From NCBI GenBank assembly GCA_964016885.1, contig OZ024742.1, positions 135,904,001 to 135,968,000 of the forward strand: a stretch of 64,000 nt of DNA, written 5' to 3'. Of this stretch, positions 26,845-40,585 are shown in pieces. The DNA is from Eledone cirrhosa (Eukaryota). The translations under genes and the position numbers were made by a program. Each line of letters starts with the position of its first letter. The stretch's first letter is position 1. Below the pieces are notes generated by a model. The model was not told the DNA's origin. It did not search any database and worked only from the letters and a program-made list of their open reading frames with translations.

Positions 26845-28552
26845 CTCTACGTAGTCGTTTCACCAGCTAGAAACAGAAGCAAATCTCATTCAAACCTCTC
26901 CTCAAATTATGTGATCTTAAATGGTATGATAGTTTCACAACTTCTGAAAATTAAGAAAAACAACTGGAACAAAATCGATCTAGCAATAAATAACAGCAAC
27001 AATATCAACGCCAGCACTAACAACCTATCGAGCTACCCAATGATGAAGAAGCCGTTACCTGAAAACTTGACCTGCTAAAAATAGCAAACAAATATATCTC
27101 AACTCACAACACCTCTCTCTTAGAAAAGGTAGACCAGTGATAAATTACGTCTTTCTAGAGACTATATATCAGAAAATACAATTGTTAATCGTGATAGAAA
27201 TGGCGCTCATCATAGGTCTCTTTGATCACCTGGGTTAAGCAACAACAAACTGATACTTTGTTCACTATTACCAACAAAACTTTCACTACCATCACCGCCA
27301 CCATAACTAGCACTGCCACAAACAACACCACTAACACCAACAATATTAACAGCAGTGCTATTTCTACCGCCACCACAACTCTAACTCTACAAATAATGTC
27401 ACTACCAGCATCATTAGCAACACCACGACTAAAACCAACACCATCCGCACTATCCTCAACACCGCCATCTTCAAACACGCTGATACTAATCAGCATCTTC
27501 AGCACCCCACCCCCACCCCCCGCTGACATGATTATCACCTCGTCAACATCAACAAAGCTACTAACATGGATATCACTACACCAGCAACAAGAAACTCGCC
27601 AGCGTCCCAATCAACATCCTCATCTCTATCACCATTATCATTCAAATCATCAACAACTTAATCCCTGCAATTTAATAAACATTATCATCGCCAACTCTAT
27701 CACAGTCATCATAAATAACAGCATCACCACCATCACATTCACCAAGGCAGGAAACTTGAGAAAGTCTTCGACTTTCTACAAATATCTATGAGATCTCTCA
27801 GACCACACAGTACTGTGTATAAAACAAACACATTGGATTATTCCATCCTGAGTTCACTGTAAATGGGAAATAAACCGAGTAGTTTCGGCGGGAATGGAAC
27901 TGATCATCGGTCTTTTATATGAAGAGGTATCTGCCAGCAACAATCCCCAAACCTCAGAGTCAGCGCCGACATCATCGATAAATCTGCAAAACAGTGAGAC
28001 AACGAAGATGCCAAGATTGGATACTAGACAACTACATAATCTATTCAATCCGTTTATCTTTACCACCACCAACACCACCTCCATCAAAATAGAAGACACA
28101 AAAGTTTCATAAATAAATTCATTTTACAACAGCCTTAACGCACATTTACTCAACCAAGCAAACTGCAACAACTCTCCAAACATTGCATTCTTCTTGACAC
28201 ATTTAACTGACAAACTAAATTACAAACAATCGTCCAACTTTACGCCAAATTCTTGCACAACTTCATCTGAAGACACTCATAAATAATGAGCAAACCAGAA
28301 GCCACTCTCTCAAGCTTCAAAATATAAAATGCCCATTCAAAAGAGACACAATCCGCAACATACAGTGTTGTATTGTATTGCATAAAGCAAATTTCAAAAA
28401 TTAAATATTTATACTAAAAACTCATAAAATATATGTTAAACAATTGTTTCAATCACCTCTTCGCGTGTTGTCAATTATCCTCGCTTTATATATGTGTGTG
28501 TGTGAGTGTGTTTATATATATACATATTCATATATATATGACGGTGATGAAT

Positions 28553-29015
28553 TATATACACAAGCACGATAACAACAAACGCATATAAACACAGACTAGT
28601 AAACTAAGATAGAATACAATAACCAAAACACAGTCAACCAAACGCGAACACACACACCAAACACTATACACACACGCAAACGCATGCGCAGAGAAGGAGA
28701 CAAATATAAATATATAAATAAACAGATAAAATAAAGATGGCGTAGACAAACAATACAACAGGAGGAACATAATGCTACCACTGATGATGTTGCAGATGTG
28801 CAAGGAAAGAACTTTGTTAGACTATATATATGTGTTTATATCTATATTATATCTATATTTTTTATCGTTGGTCCCTCAATGATAAACATTGAGGACCAAA
28901 TGAATTAACTGTGGATATATAAAAGATACAGAAGTGAAAACCAACGAAACAGTGAGTGTGTTCTGTTATTATTTCTGGCAATATTATTACAACAATATGG
29001 CCCTCCCCAAGTATG

Positions 29016-29020
<5 letters not shown>
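28553..29020 (+). mobile_element. Naiad-type PLE 3' region, diverged solo fragment with hammerhead core at ~28782
   Basis: Homologous to 23515-24010. CTGATGA-T-GTTGCA-GATG-TGCAAG-GAAA. Confidence 0.85.
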
Positions 29021-29073
<53 letters not shown>

Positions 29074-29119
29074 TATATAATTTATTCCGAGGTGAGTCAG
29101 AGGTAACCACAGTAAGTAA

Positions 29120-29165
<46 letters not shown>

Positions 29166-29172
<7 letters not shown>

Positions 29173-29284
29173 TAACAGATTAAAGTTTAAGCAAAGAATC
29201 GCTCTAGGGTTCTTATATATTTGATATATATTTATCCTTATCGAGCCCTCTTGGGATTTTAGTCTTCACATTTATTATTATTAC

Positions 29285-29286
<2 letters not shown>
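29166..29286. repeat. Short copy of the 6817-7545 family
   Basis: ATTAAAATAACAGATTAAAGTTTAAGCAAAGAATC is joined to the tail seen at 7461-7545. Confidence 0.8.
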
Positions 29287-29311
<25 letters not shown>

Positions 29312-29315
<4 letters not shown>

Positions 29316-29493
29316 CTATATTGTATCTGCATTTGTGACCGTTGCTCAGTCAATGGTAACATTGAGGACCGAATAAATTAAATTAACCGATATAAAAGAC
29401 ACATAAGCGAAAACCAACCAAACAATTAGTGTGTTCTGTTATTAATTCTGGCAATATTATTACACAAATATGACCCTCCCCAAGTATAACAAT

Positions 29494-29495
<2 letters not shown>
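29312..29495 (+). mobile_element. Naiad-type PLE terminal fragment
   Basis: Homologous to 23822-24010 and runs into (TA)n. Confidence 0.8.
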
Positions 29496-29579
<84 letters not shown>

Positions 29580-29581
<2 letters not shown>

Positions 29582-29876
29582 ACCAAAAGACCGCTAAAAT
29601 ACCAGCTTAGAACCATTCCACTTAAGAAGATCTACTTACATATAGAAATGAATTAGGAGCCAAAACATCAAATTACAAAACGGAGTTAAAGGTTAAAGAC
29701 TCACATTAATCCCTTATAATTTAATGACCTCAAAGAGTTAGATTCCAGGCTCTTTATAAATCAGTATATGGAGAGAAGTACACATCGAGGTATGGCTCCT
29801 AATTCCTTTCTATAAGTAAGTAGAGTTTCTTAAGTTGAATAGTTCTGAGCTGCTGTTTTTAGCGGTCTTTTCTACC
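29580..29876. repeat. Inverted repeat (~85-bp arms) adjoining (TA)n
   Basis: AAAAGACCGCTAAAA...AATTAGGAGCCA pairs with TGGCTCCTAATT...TTTTAGCGGTCTTTT. Confidence 0.8.
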
Positions 29877-29987
29877 ATTCACACCTCCATGGGTTATATA
29901 ACGCACGTGCCTTCTCTCTAAACCAATTGCGTTTTTGTTTTAGTTTTCTGATATATATTTAGAAGTGCGGACCATATTGTAGTCCAC

Positions 29988-30061
29988 CTGTTGACGAGCC
30001 CTCTACAATATGGAATCTTCACTTTTTGCGGCGAAACATACTCTAATTTGAGCGTGTCCAG
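29988..30061 (+). ncRNA. Type I hammerhead-like motif with a full stem III
   Basis: CTG-TTGACGA-GCC-(loop)-GGC-GAAA-CATACTC-TAATTT-GAGCGTG-TC-CAG. Confidence 0.55.
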
Positions 30062-31675
30062 TTATAAAAATTATCATTGGATGGCTAGTACGCTTTAATA
30101 TATTCTTTTAATTTATCTGTATTCGCCTTTCCTTTCGTAGACAATATGTTCATCACTCTGGTGGTTTTCTATCTCCTATGATAAAACACATACCTCTATG
30201 TGTACTTCTCCCTATATACTGATATATATATATATATACATTATTATTATTATTATGATTATTACAATGTATGTGGGACGGAGGATGACCCTTCTTTTTC
30301 TCCCCTTTTGTATTTCTCTTTCACAGTATCTGAAAAGGAAACATGTGTCGTTTCTTAAAACTATATTCGAAACAAATTTGAAATGATTAAGCTGTACACT
30401 TTTTTATAGCAATATATGTTTTTGTAATTCTACGGAACAGGAAACACTGTCGGTACAGCTATTACCCTTTATAAGCTATGTGACGATAAGTATAGATACT
30501 ATTATGTAGTGTTACATAGCCAGGAGATGCTACTGATAGATAGTATCAGCAATGGAAAGACCAATGGAAACACTGTTTACTTGGTCCGATTTAACGAGCT
30601 CCAGCCATTCGGCAAGCGAAGGAGGTCTGCGATATATGTCAATCGAATTCTATACTATATTTATATATGCATATGCTACATAGCAAAAATGTTTTAAATA
30701 CATGACTAGTTTTCTGTGCCATCAAAACAAATACGCGAAAATTTCAAAGAGTTTCATCTCTTTGTTGATATGTTTATTAAATAAATTCCTCACCATATAT
30801 CAAGCAGATGGTTATCTTTATACCTTTGTATCAAAAGTATGGTCGAATATGAAAAGACATTGCCCGAATAATTGCAAAAAGTCATGAGATAAACTTAACC
30901 GAGATATCATAAGTTATGGAAATTTATTTGATGTTCTTGCAATATCTATTAGAAGTATTCATTCTGCTCTCTGAGTTCAAATCCCGCCGAGGACAACTTT
31001 ACCTTTCATCTCTTTCTGAATTCTTCCTTCTCACTTTCTATCGTTCTCTGAAAGAAATCTGCTGTACTCAGGCCTGGAGAGGGATGGGCTCCGCCAGGCT
31101 TAGAATGCCCATAAATGGCGTATATCAATACGGCGCCCATACAGCTCTATCAGGAGGTACAGGACCATATCCATACCATACCTTGGAGATATTAACATTA
31201 GCTGTTAAAAAAGCTTATCACATATGAAAGTTCAGCGGCAAACATTTTCAATACACTCTCTAATTCAAAAAGAAAATAAATTAAAAGCTTGTTAGGATGG
31301 GCAATGTTTTAGCTATCAAATTAAATGACATTTAAAAAAATTGGATGTTACGGAGAATAAGCAGCTTAATGGAAACTTCAAACTGTTTCATAATTCTCTC
31401 TTTGCATATCTGGGAACAAATCGACATAAACACAGATTCAACCTTTGGGAATAATATCAAATCTAATTCTTCCAGTTCCACAGCAATAAAGGATATCATT
31501 ATAAATATATATTAGCAAGGTAGGGGAGAAACAAGAGCGAAAATTAACCTGTCGATATATCACCAAAAGCGATTAATGATACGTATAAAGCTTGTGTGAC
31601 GGAATCGTATCTGGACGGTCTACAATTGCGTAACAGATACATAGGAAGTGTTTAGAGCAGCTATTACATAACAAA

Positions 31676-32038
31676 TAGTTGTTTCAATTTTTGGCACTAA
31701 GCCATCAATTAACCCAGTGTATTACTGGTACTTTATTTTATCGACTCCGTAAGGATGAAAGACAAAGCTGACCTCGGCGGGATGTGAACTCGGAACCTAA
31801 AGAGCCATTACTCTGTGCTGCAAAGCATGATGTCTGACGCTCTACTGATACTGCCAATCCACCGCCCTTTCGTATTTATTACGTAATAAGTAATAAAATG
31901 TAGTGAGGTATAACCTCACTATACTTCATTATGTATATATATATAACTTTGCCTTTCATCCTTACGGGGTCAATAAAATAAAGTACCAGTAATACAATGG
32001 GTAATTGCTGGCCTTGTGCCAAAAGTAGAAACAATTAT
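31676..32038. mobile_element. SINE family A: full copy (-, 31676-31866) and 5'-truncated copy (+, 31944-32038)
   Basis: Core GCCTTTCATCCTTACGGGGTC and its reverse complement. Confidence 0.8.
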
Positions 32039-32160
32039 GTATATATATGGTTGTTTGGGGATAGTCATATATACATATATACATAAAGGCATATATAATA
32101 TAAATATATGTATTTACACAAATATATACATACTTACGGTTAAATAAATATATATATATA

Positions 32161-34909
32161 TTGTTATACTTGGGGGGGGGGTGTCATATTTGTATAATAT
32201 TGCCAGAATTAATAACAGAACACACTCACATCTTGGTTGGTTTTCGCTTTTCGCTTCTGTGTCTTTTATATCGGTAATCTAATTTATTCGGTCCTCAGTG
32301 TTGCCATTGACTGACCAACGGTCAAAAATAATACAGATACAATATAGACACAAACACATATATATAGTTTATCAAAGTTCTTTCGTTGCACATGTGCAAC
32401 ATCGTCAGTGGTGCTATTGTTTCCTCTCGTTACATTGTATGCCTACGCCATTTTTATTTAGTCTGTCTATATATTTATTTATATATTTCCTATTAGTACA
32501 GTGGGTTTTCTTAAAAGGATAGGTTTTGCTGATCAGGGATTTTATGGTGGTTCCTGGCTTTTCTACCACCTTAATCTTTAAGTGGGTCTTTCTCAGGGCA
32601 TTTCTACACAGGTTAGCTAATTTCTATCCAGGGGTAGCGTCCACAAACATGACACTCTGGTATCTCTGGTTGTCGTACCATGAGGTGGCTTTCCCTATCT
32701 TATGTCTAGCCCTATCTAAGCTATTCCATGATTTGCTCCTGTATAATGGGCAAATTCCTTTCATGTCCAGTTCTATGAGAGTCTTATACTTCTCCATGGC
32801 TCCTTCGTATACTCTGACTCTGTCTCTTTGGTTGTAGCCAGAGAACTGCATTCGGTTGATGAAGTGTTGGATCTGCCTTTCCATTTCTGTTGGGTCGCAC
32901 ACGCGGGACACATTCTTCATCACTCGTACCAAATCTGCGATCAGAATATTAAACTTAGCACTACTGGACATTGCTGAGTTTTTGAGTATCAGGTATTTGG
33001 AGGCCATGGGTTTAGCACAGTGAGAGTGGAGAATTTGGGCTCTCTCGTCAATAGTGTTAATCCAGAGTTCCGTGTCTAATACAGGTAGTCTATTGTTAGG
33101 GTGTGTGGAAGGGAAGTCGATAGTTACAGTTATACTCTGGTGTATGGAAATAGCTATCTGCTGGATGCTTTCCATTGTGCTACGTTCTAAATCAAACTTG
33201 TTAGTGCTCTCTAGTGGGGATGTTCTTATAACTATATTGATATCGTCTACATAACGAGAGTACATGATGAGGTCTATGGAGCTCTCATTAATGAGATCTT
33301 TAAGTCTCCTTTCCCACCATACCATGAAAAGGTTGGCAACATCACCAGCTATGCTGACGCCAATGGCTGCTCTCTAATTTTGGGTGTAGATCTTCTCGTT
33401 GAACTTAAATATGTGGCCCTTTAGGGTAGTTTTGATACTAGCCTCTATTGCATGTGCGACCATTTTTCTTACCTGATCATTGTTTTGGGGGGTCCATATA
33501 GCTTTGGTCCACCCATTCCACCTTCCCATGGGAGTCTTTTATGCCATTGAGGTTATGGTGGGGGGTCTACCTCTTATGGGTCTTCTAGGGCAGAAACGTC
33601 TAAGGTGATGGCTGTCTAGGTAGTCAGTGTCGTAGGTAAGTCTAAGTAGGAGGCCCAGTTCGTCTGTGTCGACGTCGCATCAACCGCATCATCAACCGCA
33701 TACAGTTCTCTGGCTACAACCAAAGAGACAGAGTAAGAGTATATGAAGGAGCCATGGAGAAGTATAAGACCCTCATAGAACTGGACATGAAAGGAATTTT
33801 CCCATTATATAGGAGCAAATCATGGAATAGCTTAGATAGGGCTAGACATAAGATAGGGAAAGCCACCTCATGGTACGACAAACAGAGATACCAGAGTGTC
33901 ATGTTTGTGGACGCTACCCCTGGAGGGAAATTAGCTAACCAGTGTAGAAAGGCCCTGCGAAAGACCCACTTAAAGATTAAGGTGGTAGAAAAGCCAGGAA
34001 CCACCATAAAATCCCTGATCGGCAAAACCTACCCTAGTCTATAGCATAAGATGTACAGAGGGTACTTGCAGAAACATGACAACAACATACATAGGTGAGA
34101 CAGCTCGTAGCATAGGTGAAAGGATAGACCAACACTGGGGGGAACTAAAAGGACGAAAAAACGGGTCAGTACTATACGAACATGCCAGACAACAACACGA
34201 CGATAACATAGACAACATAGAAATTAGAATAATATCTAAACATAGAAATGACCCAGCAGATAGGGAAATCAGAGAGGCCAGTGAAATAGAACTTAGAAGG
34301 CCTAGACTAAACAGAAAGAATGAATGGAATAACAACAACACCCAAACAAACAACACTGACCTAAGAGAAGTATAAATAAATAAATAAATAGATAAATAAA
34401 TAAATAAATACATACGCAAGCCCAATAACAACAAACACATATAAACACACACTAGTCACCCAATCACGAACACACATCAAACAAAACACTATACACACAC
34501 GCAAACGCATGCGCAAAGAAGACAAAATAAAATAAACAAACAAGCAAATAAATAAATATATAGACAGACTAAATAAAAATGGCGTAGACATACAATGTAA
34601 CGAGAGGAAACAATAGCACCACTGACGATGTTGCAGATGTGCAACGAAAGATTTATAATAAACTATATATATGTGTTTGTGTCTATATTGTATCTGTATT
34701 ATTTTTGACCGTCGGTCAGTCAATGGCAACATTGAGGACCGAATAAATTAGATTACCGATATAAAAGACACAGAAGCGAAAAGCGAAAACCAACCAAAAA
34801 GTGAGTGTGTGCTGTTATTAATTCTGGCAATATTACACAAATGTGACCCTCCCCAAGTATAACAATATTTGTTTCGACACAAGATTTCATATAAAAAACC
34901 TCGCAAAAC

Positions 34910-34910
<1 letters not shown>
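32161..34910. mobile_element. Naiad-type PLE, two truncated copies joined head-to-head (minus 32161-~33677, plus ~33678-34910)
   Basis: ORFs 32624-33325 (-), 33754-34044 (+) and 34076-34375 (+) match the 21443-24010 element. A 3' pLTR with hammerhead lies at both outer ends, in (TA)n. Confidence 0.9.
34620..34660 (+). ncRNA. Minimal hammerhead of the Naiad pLTR (also ~23763 +, ~28782 +, ~20228-20262 -, ~32375-32409 -)
   Basis: CA-CTGACGA-T-GTTGCA-GATG-TGCAAC-GAAA-GATT-TA. Confidence 0.7.
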
Positions 34911-34961
<51 letters not shown>

Positions 34962-35059
34962 AGTGTGTGCCTATATATATATACATGTAACTATATATAC
35001 ATATAAATATGTATACACACATAGACATACAGACACACACATATAAATTTATTTAATCG

Positions 35060-35125
<66 letters not shown>

Positions 35126-35842
35126 TATTTATGACTATATATTTGAATACGGGAAAATGGTCAAATACAGACAGTCCTATCTCATCCGTCGACTGCTGGA
35201 GATACTTTCAATGCTTTTATTATTTATTAAATTATTAAACAAATAAAATTCTTCAATATTTTGCAAAAGAAGGAAAATGATTCAGACACTATATGTAAAC
35301 AAGGTTAAACATTTTGATGAAATAACGTTAATTAGATGCAACAAATGTTCCAAAGTTCAGAAAGTGTCTTCTAATTAAAAAAAAAACAAAAAAAACATAG
35401 TCTATATTTTTATTTCATGCAAACTTCACCAATCTCTGAACAAGTTTTTGGTGTTATTAAATATAAATGTAGAAATAAAAGAAACGAATGCTCGGTTGAA
35501 CTAATGAAATGCGAGTTTCAAAAAGTTTACGAAATAATTGTTCAAATCCTTCAGAAAATATTAAATAATTTCTTTTTTTTTATCAACCGACAAGATCCTA
35601 ATTACCATTTGCTTATTGAGTTGCGTTGAACTTGTCAGATCGGTCCAAGGAAACAATGTTTCCATTGGTCTTTCCGTTGTTGTTACCCTCTATCGGTCGC
35701 AATTCCTGACAGAAAGTGTATTGTGAAATAATGCATCGCCCTGTCTGGGAATTGAAGTCGCAGTCTCATGATTGCGAATCCAATTCTCTTAGTCATGCTC
35801 AAATCTAGTTATATTTGCCGTATTCAAACATTCAACAGTAAT

Positions 35843-36027
35843 AATTGATTCTACTTTGGGAACAAGGCCACCAATTACCCAGTACATTACTGGTACTTTA
35901 TTTTATCGACCCCGTAAGGATAAAAGGCAAAGTTAATCTCGGTGGGGTTTGAACTCGGACCATAAAGGGGCGTAACTCTATGCTGCAAAGCATGGCGTCT
36001 GACCTTCTACTGATACTGCCAATCCAC
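35843..36027 (-). mobile_element. SINE family A
   Basis: Reverse complement of the 9770 and 50317 copies. Confidence 0.85.
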
Positions 36028-36270
36028 CTGGTACATTCAACAGGAATAATGAATGGCCTACCATCGAGGTCGAAGATGAGTGCTCTAGAAGTTTGATCAA
36101 GGGTACAACTTGCTGGTGAAACTAACGGACAGGTGGCTGAGCATTCCAAAGACAGGTGTACCCTTAACGTAATTCCCAGTGAAACTCAACGAAAACTTGT
36201 TTGGTGATTTGAAATTACAAAGTCAACTCATCTTTGCCAGTGCAGTTGACAAAACTGTCCATATGAAATA

Positions 36271-36459
36271 GAGGATGTTTCAAAATAAATGAAATATCAT
36301 TTGAGATGTAAATACCTCAGAAACTACAAAGTCTAAGACAATGAGACTGAGCAAGTATTCCTGAAAATGTGTTAATATTATATCACTAATTCAAAATATA
36401 TAGTGGTACCTTCTGGGATATTTACATCTCAAATGATACTTAATTTTTTAAACACGCTC
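36271..36459. mobile_element. Tc1/mariner-type MITE, degenerate
   Basis: Imperfect ~50-bp TIRs: GAGGATGTTTCAAAA...TATCATTTGAGATGTAAATA / TATTTACATCTCAAATGATA...TTTTAAACACGCTC. TA at the left end. Confidence 0.6.
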
Positions 36460-36857
36460 GACGGCTTCCAAACCGCTTCTGTCTACTCAATTTGACTCAA
36501 AACACTTGGATCGACTCGAGGCTATTTTAAATGACACTTTCACAAGACGTCAGGCAATGATATGGAACCTAGGATCTAATGATTGCAAAATGAACTCCAT
36601 AACCATTCTACTATGCTATGCCAACGTGTATTAAAAGTACTTTAAAACAAGGTATAAATCTGTGATGGTTTGTTTATCTCAATAGACACTGAACAAGGTA
36701 GTTAGTTTCAAGAGACTATATAACTATAGAGTTTATATATATTATGTATGTTTACAGTTTCAGAAGACTATATATAACTATAGAGTTTATATATCACGTG
36801 TGTTTATAGTTTGTTTACAGAAAAAATACACTTTTGACCATATCAGTTCCAGCGTAT

Positions 36858-36907
<50 letters not shown>

Positions 36908-37071
36908 CTGTCGGTCTGTCTGTGTGCGTATAAACATATATATCTACATGTTTATACACATACCCGCCGCTCACACAACCATTCACACACACACAGATAC
37001 ACACACACACACATATATATATATATGCAAATGAACATATATTTATATATATATAAATATATATATATATG

Positions 37072-37144
<73 letters not shown>

Positions 37145-37434
37145 GGGGATAGAGAGGGGAAGAGTAAGGAAAAGAGAGAGAATGGAGACATAGAAAATGC
37201 TGGGGGTTAATAAAGGTCTCGTCTGTGTAAGTCAATGCTAAACAACACAGCTTCACAGTATTTTATAAACACTCCCTATAGTCTACACATAAACACACCC
37301 TGCACTATACATATAAACACTTGGCTTAATGATAACAACTTACTAGATCTCTATTGGGTGTACCGACACATTGGTGGCGGGGAGTACTTTGTTTCCTGCT
37401 TAGCTTGATAGTCCTTGATTCTGCTGCTGCGTTT

Positions 37435-37505
37435 GATGTTGATGTTATTATCATTGCTGTTGTTGTTGTTGTTGTTGTTTGCGATGTTGTTGTTGTTGCT
37501 GCTGT

Positions 37506-37557
<52 letters not shown>

Positions 37558-37690
37558 GGTGGTGGTGGTGGTGGTGGTGGTGGTGGTGGTGGTGGTGGTG
37601 GTGGTGGTGAGGGTGTTGGTGTTGGTGTTGGTAGTGTTGATGCTGGTGGTCGTGGTAGTGTTGTGGTGGTGGTGGTGGTGGCGGTTGTCA
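37435..37690. repeat. Compound (GTT)n(GAT)n(GGT)n trinucleotide repeat
   Basis: Directly visible. Confidence 0.95.
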
Positions 37691-37904
37691 TGATGGTATT
37701 CTGGTGGTTTCGAAGTGTTATGGAAGAGTGTGAATGATGGTAGTTGTTTGTAATAAGTCGTTATGATAGAGATAGTTGAAACATTTTATAGTAGGGGTGG
37801 TTAGTTTTGTAGTTGAGCTATTGTGGATGACTACTATTTTCTGACTGTCATCTCAATCGCAGCGAACGATAACATAACTCTAATCAAATGCAATCCAATC
37901 TAAT

Positions 37905-38240
37905 CCAGGACCTTCTCATTCCTATTGAATAAACCTTGTTGACCTCCAACACTTTTTGTTTGGTTTTGATCATGTGACGATTGTAGCAGTATTCGCCACC
38001 CTTGGCCAATTACGGGTTGGTTAGTGCTATAAATCCATGGCTGGAGTCGATGACCGTTGACGTGAGGAATTCATCCGCCCTTTTAACAGCTCTTGTTTTT
38101 TTTTAGCTGCTGGGGTTCCACTTACCGTTCTCACCAGATCAAGGTTTGTTAGGGGAGTTGCTTTAGTCAACAACCACTCGACCACGCAACAGGTTGTACT
38201 GGGTTACATGGCACCAGTAGCAGGCAGAAGCCTGACCTGC
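37905..38240 (-). mobile_element. Diverged RTE 5'-UTR fragment related to the 389-3701 elements
   Basis: Shares ACAGGTTGTACTGGG.TACATG..ACCAGTAGCA...TGACCTG, TTTAGTC, GCCCTTT..ACAG and CCTTCTC motifs in the same order. Confidence 0.65.
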
Positions 38241-40152
38241 CCAAAATGCACTCCGGCCTAAATCATGTCAAAATTCGCTCAACTTTTCCCTTTCTTAATC
38301 GTACGTCACTTTTAAGCAACCGAAACTCCACCCAGGTCGTATCCTTATAGTTATCTATGGAGAAAGTGATAGTGTAATAATGTTGAGGGAGCTGTGGACT
38401 TGTGATAGTGTCCTAACAAAACCTCACTCAATTCTCCCTTGACAACGTGGTGTTGGTGAAACGAAAATTGTTGTTGCTCACCAACAAATTTTGGTCGTGC
38501 CTTTGAATAATTCCCCTCCAGTAAATATATAAATAAATCGATTAGCCCACACGAATCTTTACAGATTCACTTCTTCATTTTATAAACATCTCATCAGACT
38601 CGAACTGCTTCCACCCAATAAGGTTGAAACTATGTAACTAGAAATAGAAGTCAAATATTTTTGATACCACACATTACTATCTTTAAAAAAGAGGATGACA
38701 AATCGAATAAAGTATCATTGGATACACTATATCTGAATTATTCTTGAGTGGTCACGAAAGAAATGTCTTTGTTGATAGGACATGGCTGACCTGCGGCTAA
38801 ACAAGAAAATCTCATTGTTTCTACTTATATTTGCAACCAGCTTTGTGCCAACACAGACTATCCATTCGGGGCCCAAGTTTGTCGACCTCTTTGCGGCGAA
38901 ACCTGGAAACTGATCACTGATCTTTGATCTTGATCAGCCGAACGATAACAACCTAAGATCAATTCATACGCAAGAAGAGAAGTAATCTATTAATTCTTGT
39001 GATTATACTTGTCAACCATGTATTAAAGTTTAAAGGAGAATGCGTGCGGTCTAGCAAGCTCATTTACCATGAAGAATCTCAACAGTATTCATATGATCCA
39101 CACATCGCTTAACAACAGCAATCACCCTCACTAAATCTAAATATACTTGGGGATATTTTTGTGTTTATTTTCCTTTGGTGACATGTAATCTAGCCAATCA
39201 CTCACCGGGTCATTAGAGATTATCAACGCATACACACATATACACACATAATCTTATATAGACACATACACACCCACACAAATAAACAATATCTATCTAC
39301 ATAAGTGTGTTTATGTGTAGTTACATCTGTGTATATATATATATATGTACATATATATATGCATGTATGTATACATGTATTATATATATATATATATATA
39401 CATACATGTTAGTGTGCCTGTGTCAGTGTGTCGCATGTATGTATGTGTGTATGTGTCGTTTTAGATAAAAATACGAAGCGAGAGTGAAGCTATCTGTTAT
39501 AGTGTGTACCTTTATATGTGTGTTTATAGTTGTTTCTATCCACGCGTGTATGTATGTATGTATGTATGTATGTATGTATGTATGTATGTATGTATCTATG
39601 CATGTATGTATGTATGTATGTAAGCAGGTATGTAGTCATATTCGTGTTTATATGAGCGTGATGTGACCACAACGTGAGGAGGTGTTGTAGAAATTGAGAG
39701 ATTAGGCTGATTATCACAAGTTCAAATAAGGGCGTGCTGGGCAAAGGGTCACTTGAGAAGAGTAATGGGTGTTATGTTCCCTCTTTAGTTAATATTTACC
39801 CAAGGGATTTACAGTGGAAATGGCAGAAACCAACGTTTTGCTAAGAAGTAAAGGAAAAGAGGGAGGGGAAAGAGAAAAAAGAAAGTAAGGAGGTAGAGGG
39901 GGAATGATTGAAAAACAGTGAAATGATAACGAACGAAAAATAGAGAATTAGAGAATGAGAGTGTGAGAGGAAATAAAACTAAGACAGAAAAGTTGAGACA
40001 CAAGATAGAAAATGGCAGCGGGTATGATGGTGAGACAGCAAAAGAGATTTAATTTAGAATAAATACTGTATATATAACGAAGTGTTGTAAGTAACCAGAT
40101 GGACCATAATGCACCAGAGTACTCGATACTTTGGGTAGTAGAGTGGGTAATA

Positions 40153-40271
40153 GGAAAAGAGTCAGGACCCCCGAGGGGAGAGCTCAAGCTGTTTCGACTG
40201 CTATTTCTAGACTGTCCAGAAATAGCTTTTGAAACGGCTTGAGCTCTGCCGTCGGGGTCCTGACTCTTTTC

Positions 40272-40272
<1 letters not shown>
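40153..40272. repeat. Short palindrome abutting (TA)n
   Basis: GGAAAAGAGTCAGGACCCC...AGAGCTCAAGC pairs with GCTTGAGCTCT...GGGGTCCTGACTCTTTTCC. Confidence 0.8.
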
Positions 40273-40317
<45 letters not shown>

Positions 40318-40585
40318 TTGTGTAAGAGAGACAGAATCAGAAAGTCATAGATAAATTTCTATTTATTTGCCACGAGGGCACAAAAGAAGGGGACATTTAC
40401 ACAGTGGGGGAGTTTACATAAATCGAGTAAAGAAAAAAGGAATAACAATAATAATATAACAATAAAAAGTCCTCAAAAGAGAGGGGGCGTGTTGGGGATT
40501 GCACATACCCCCGAAAAGTGTGCAATTCTTTTCGCGGGGGAAGCCCAGAGAGGAGGCGCTCCCCCTTTCCTCTTCACTTCTTCAC

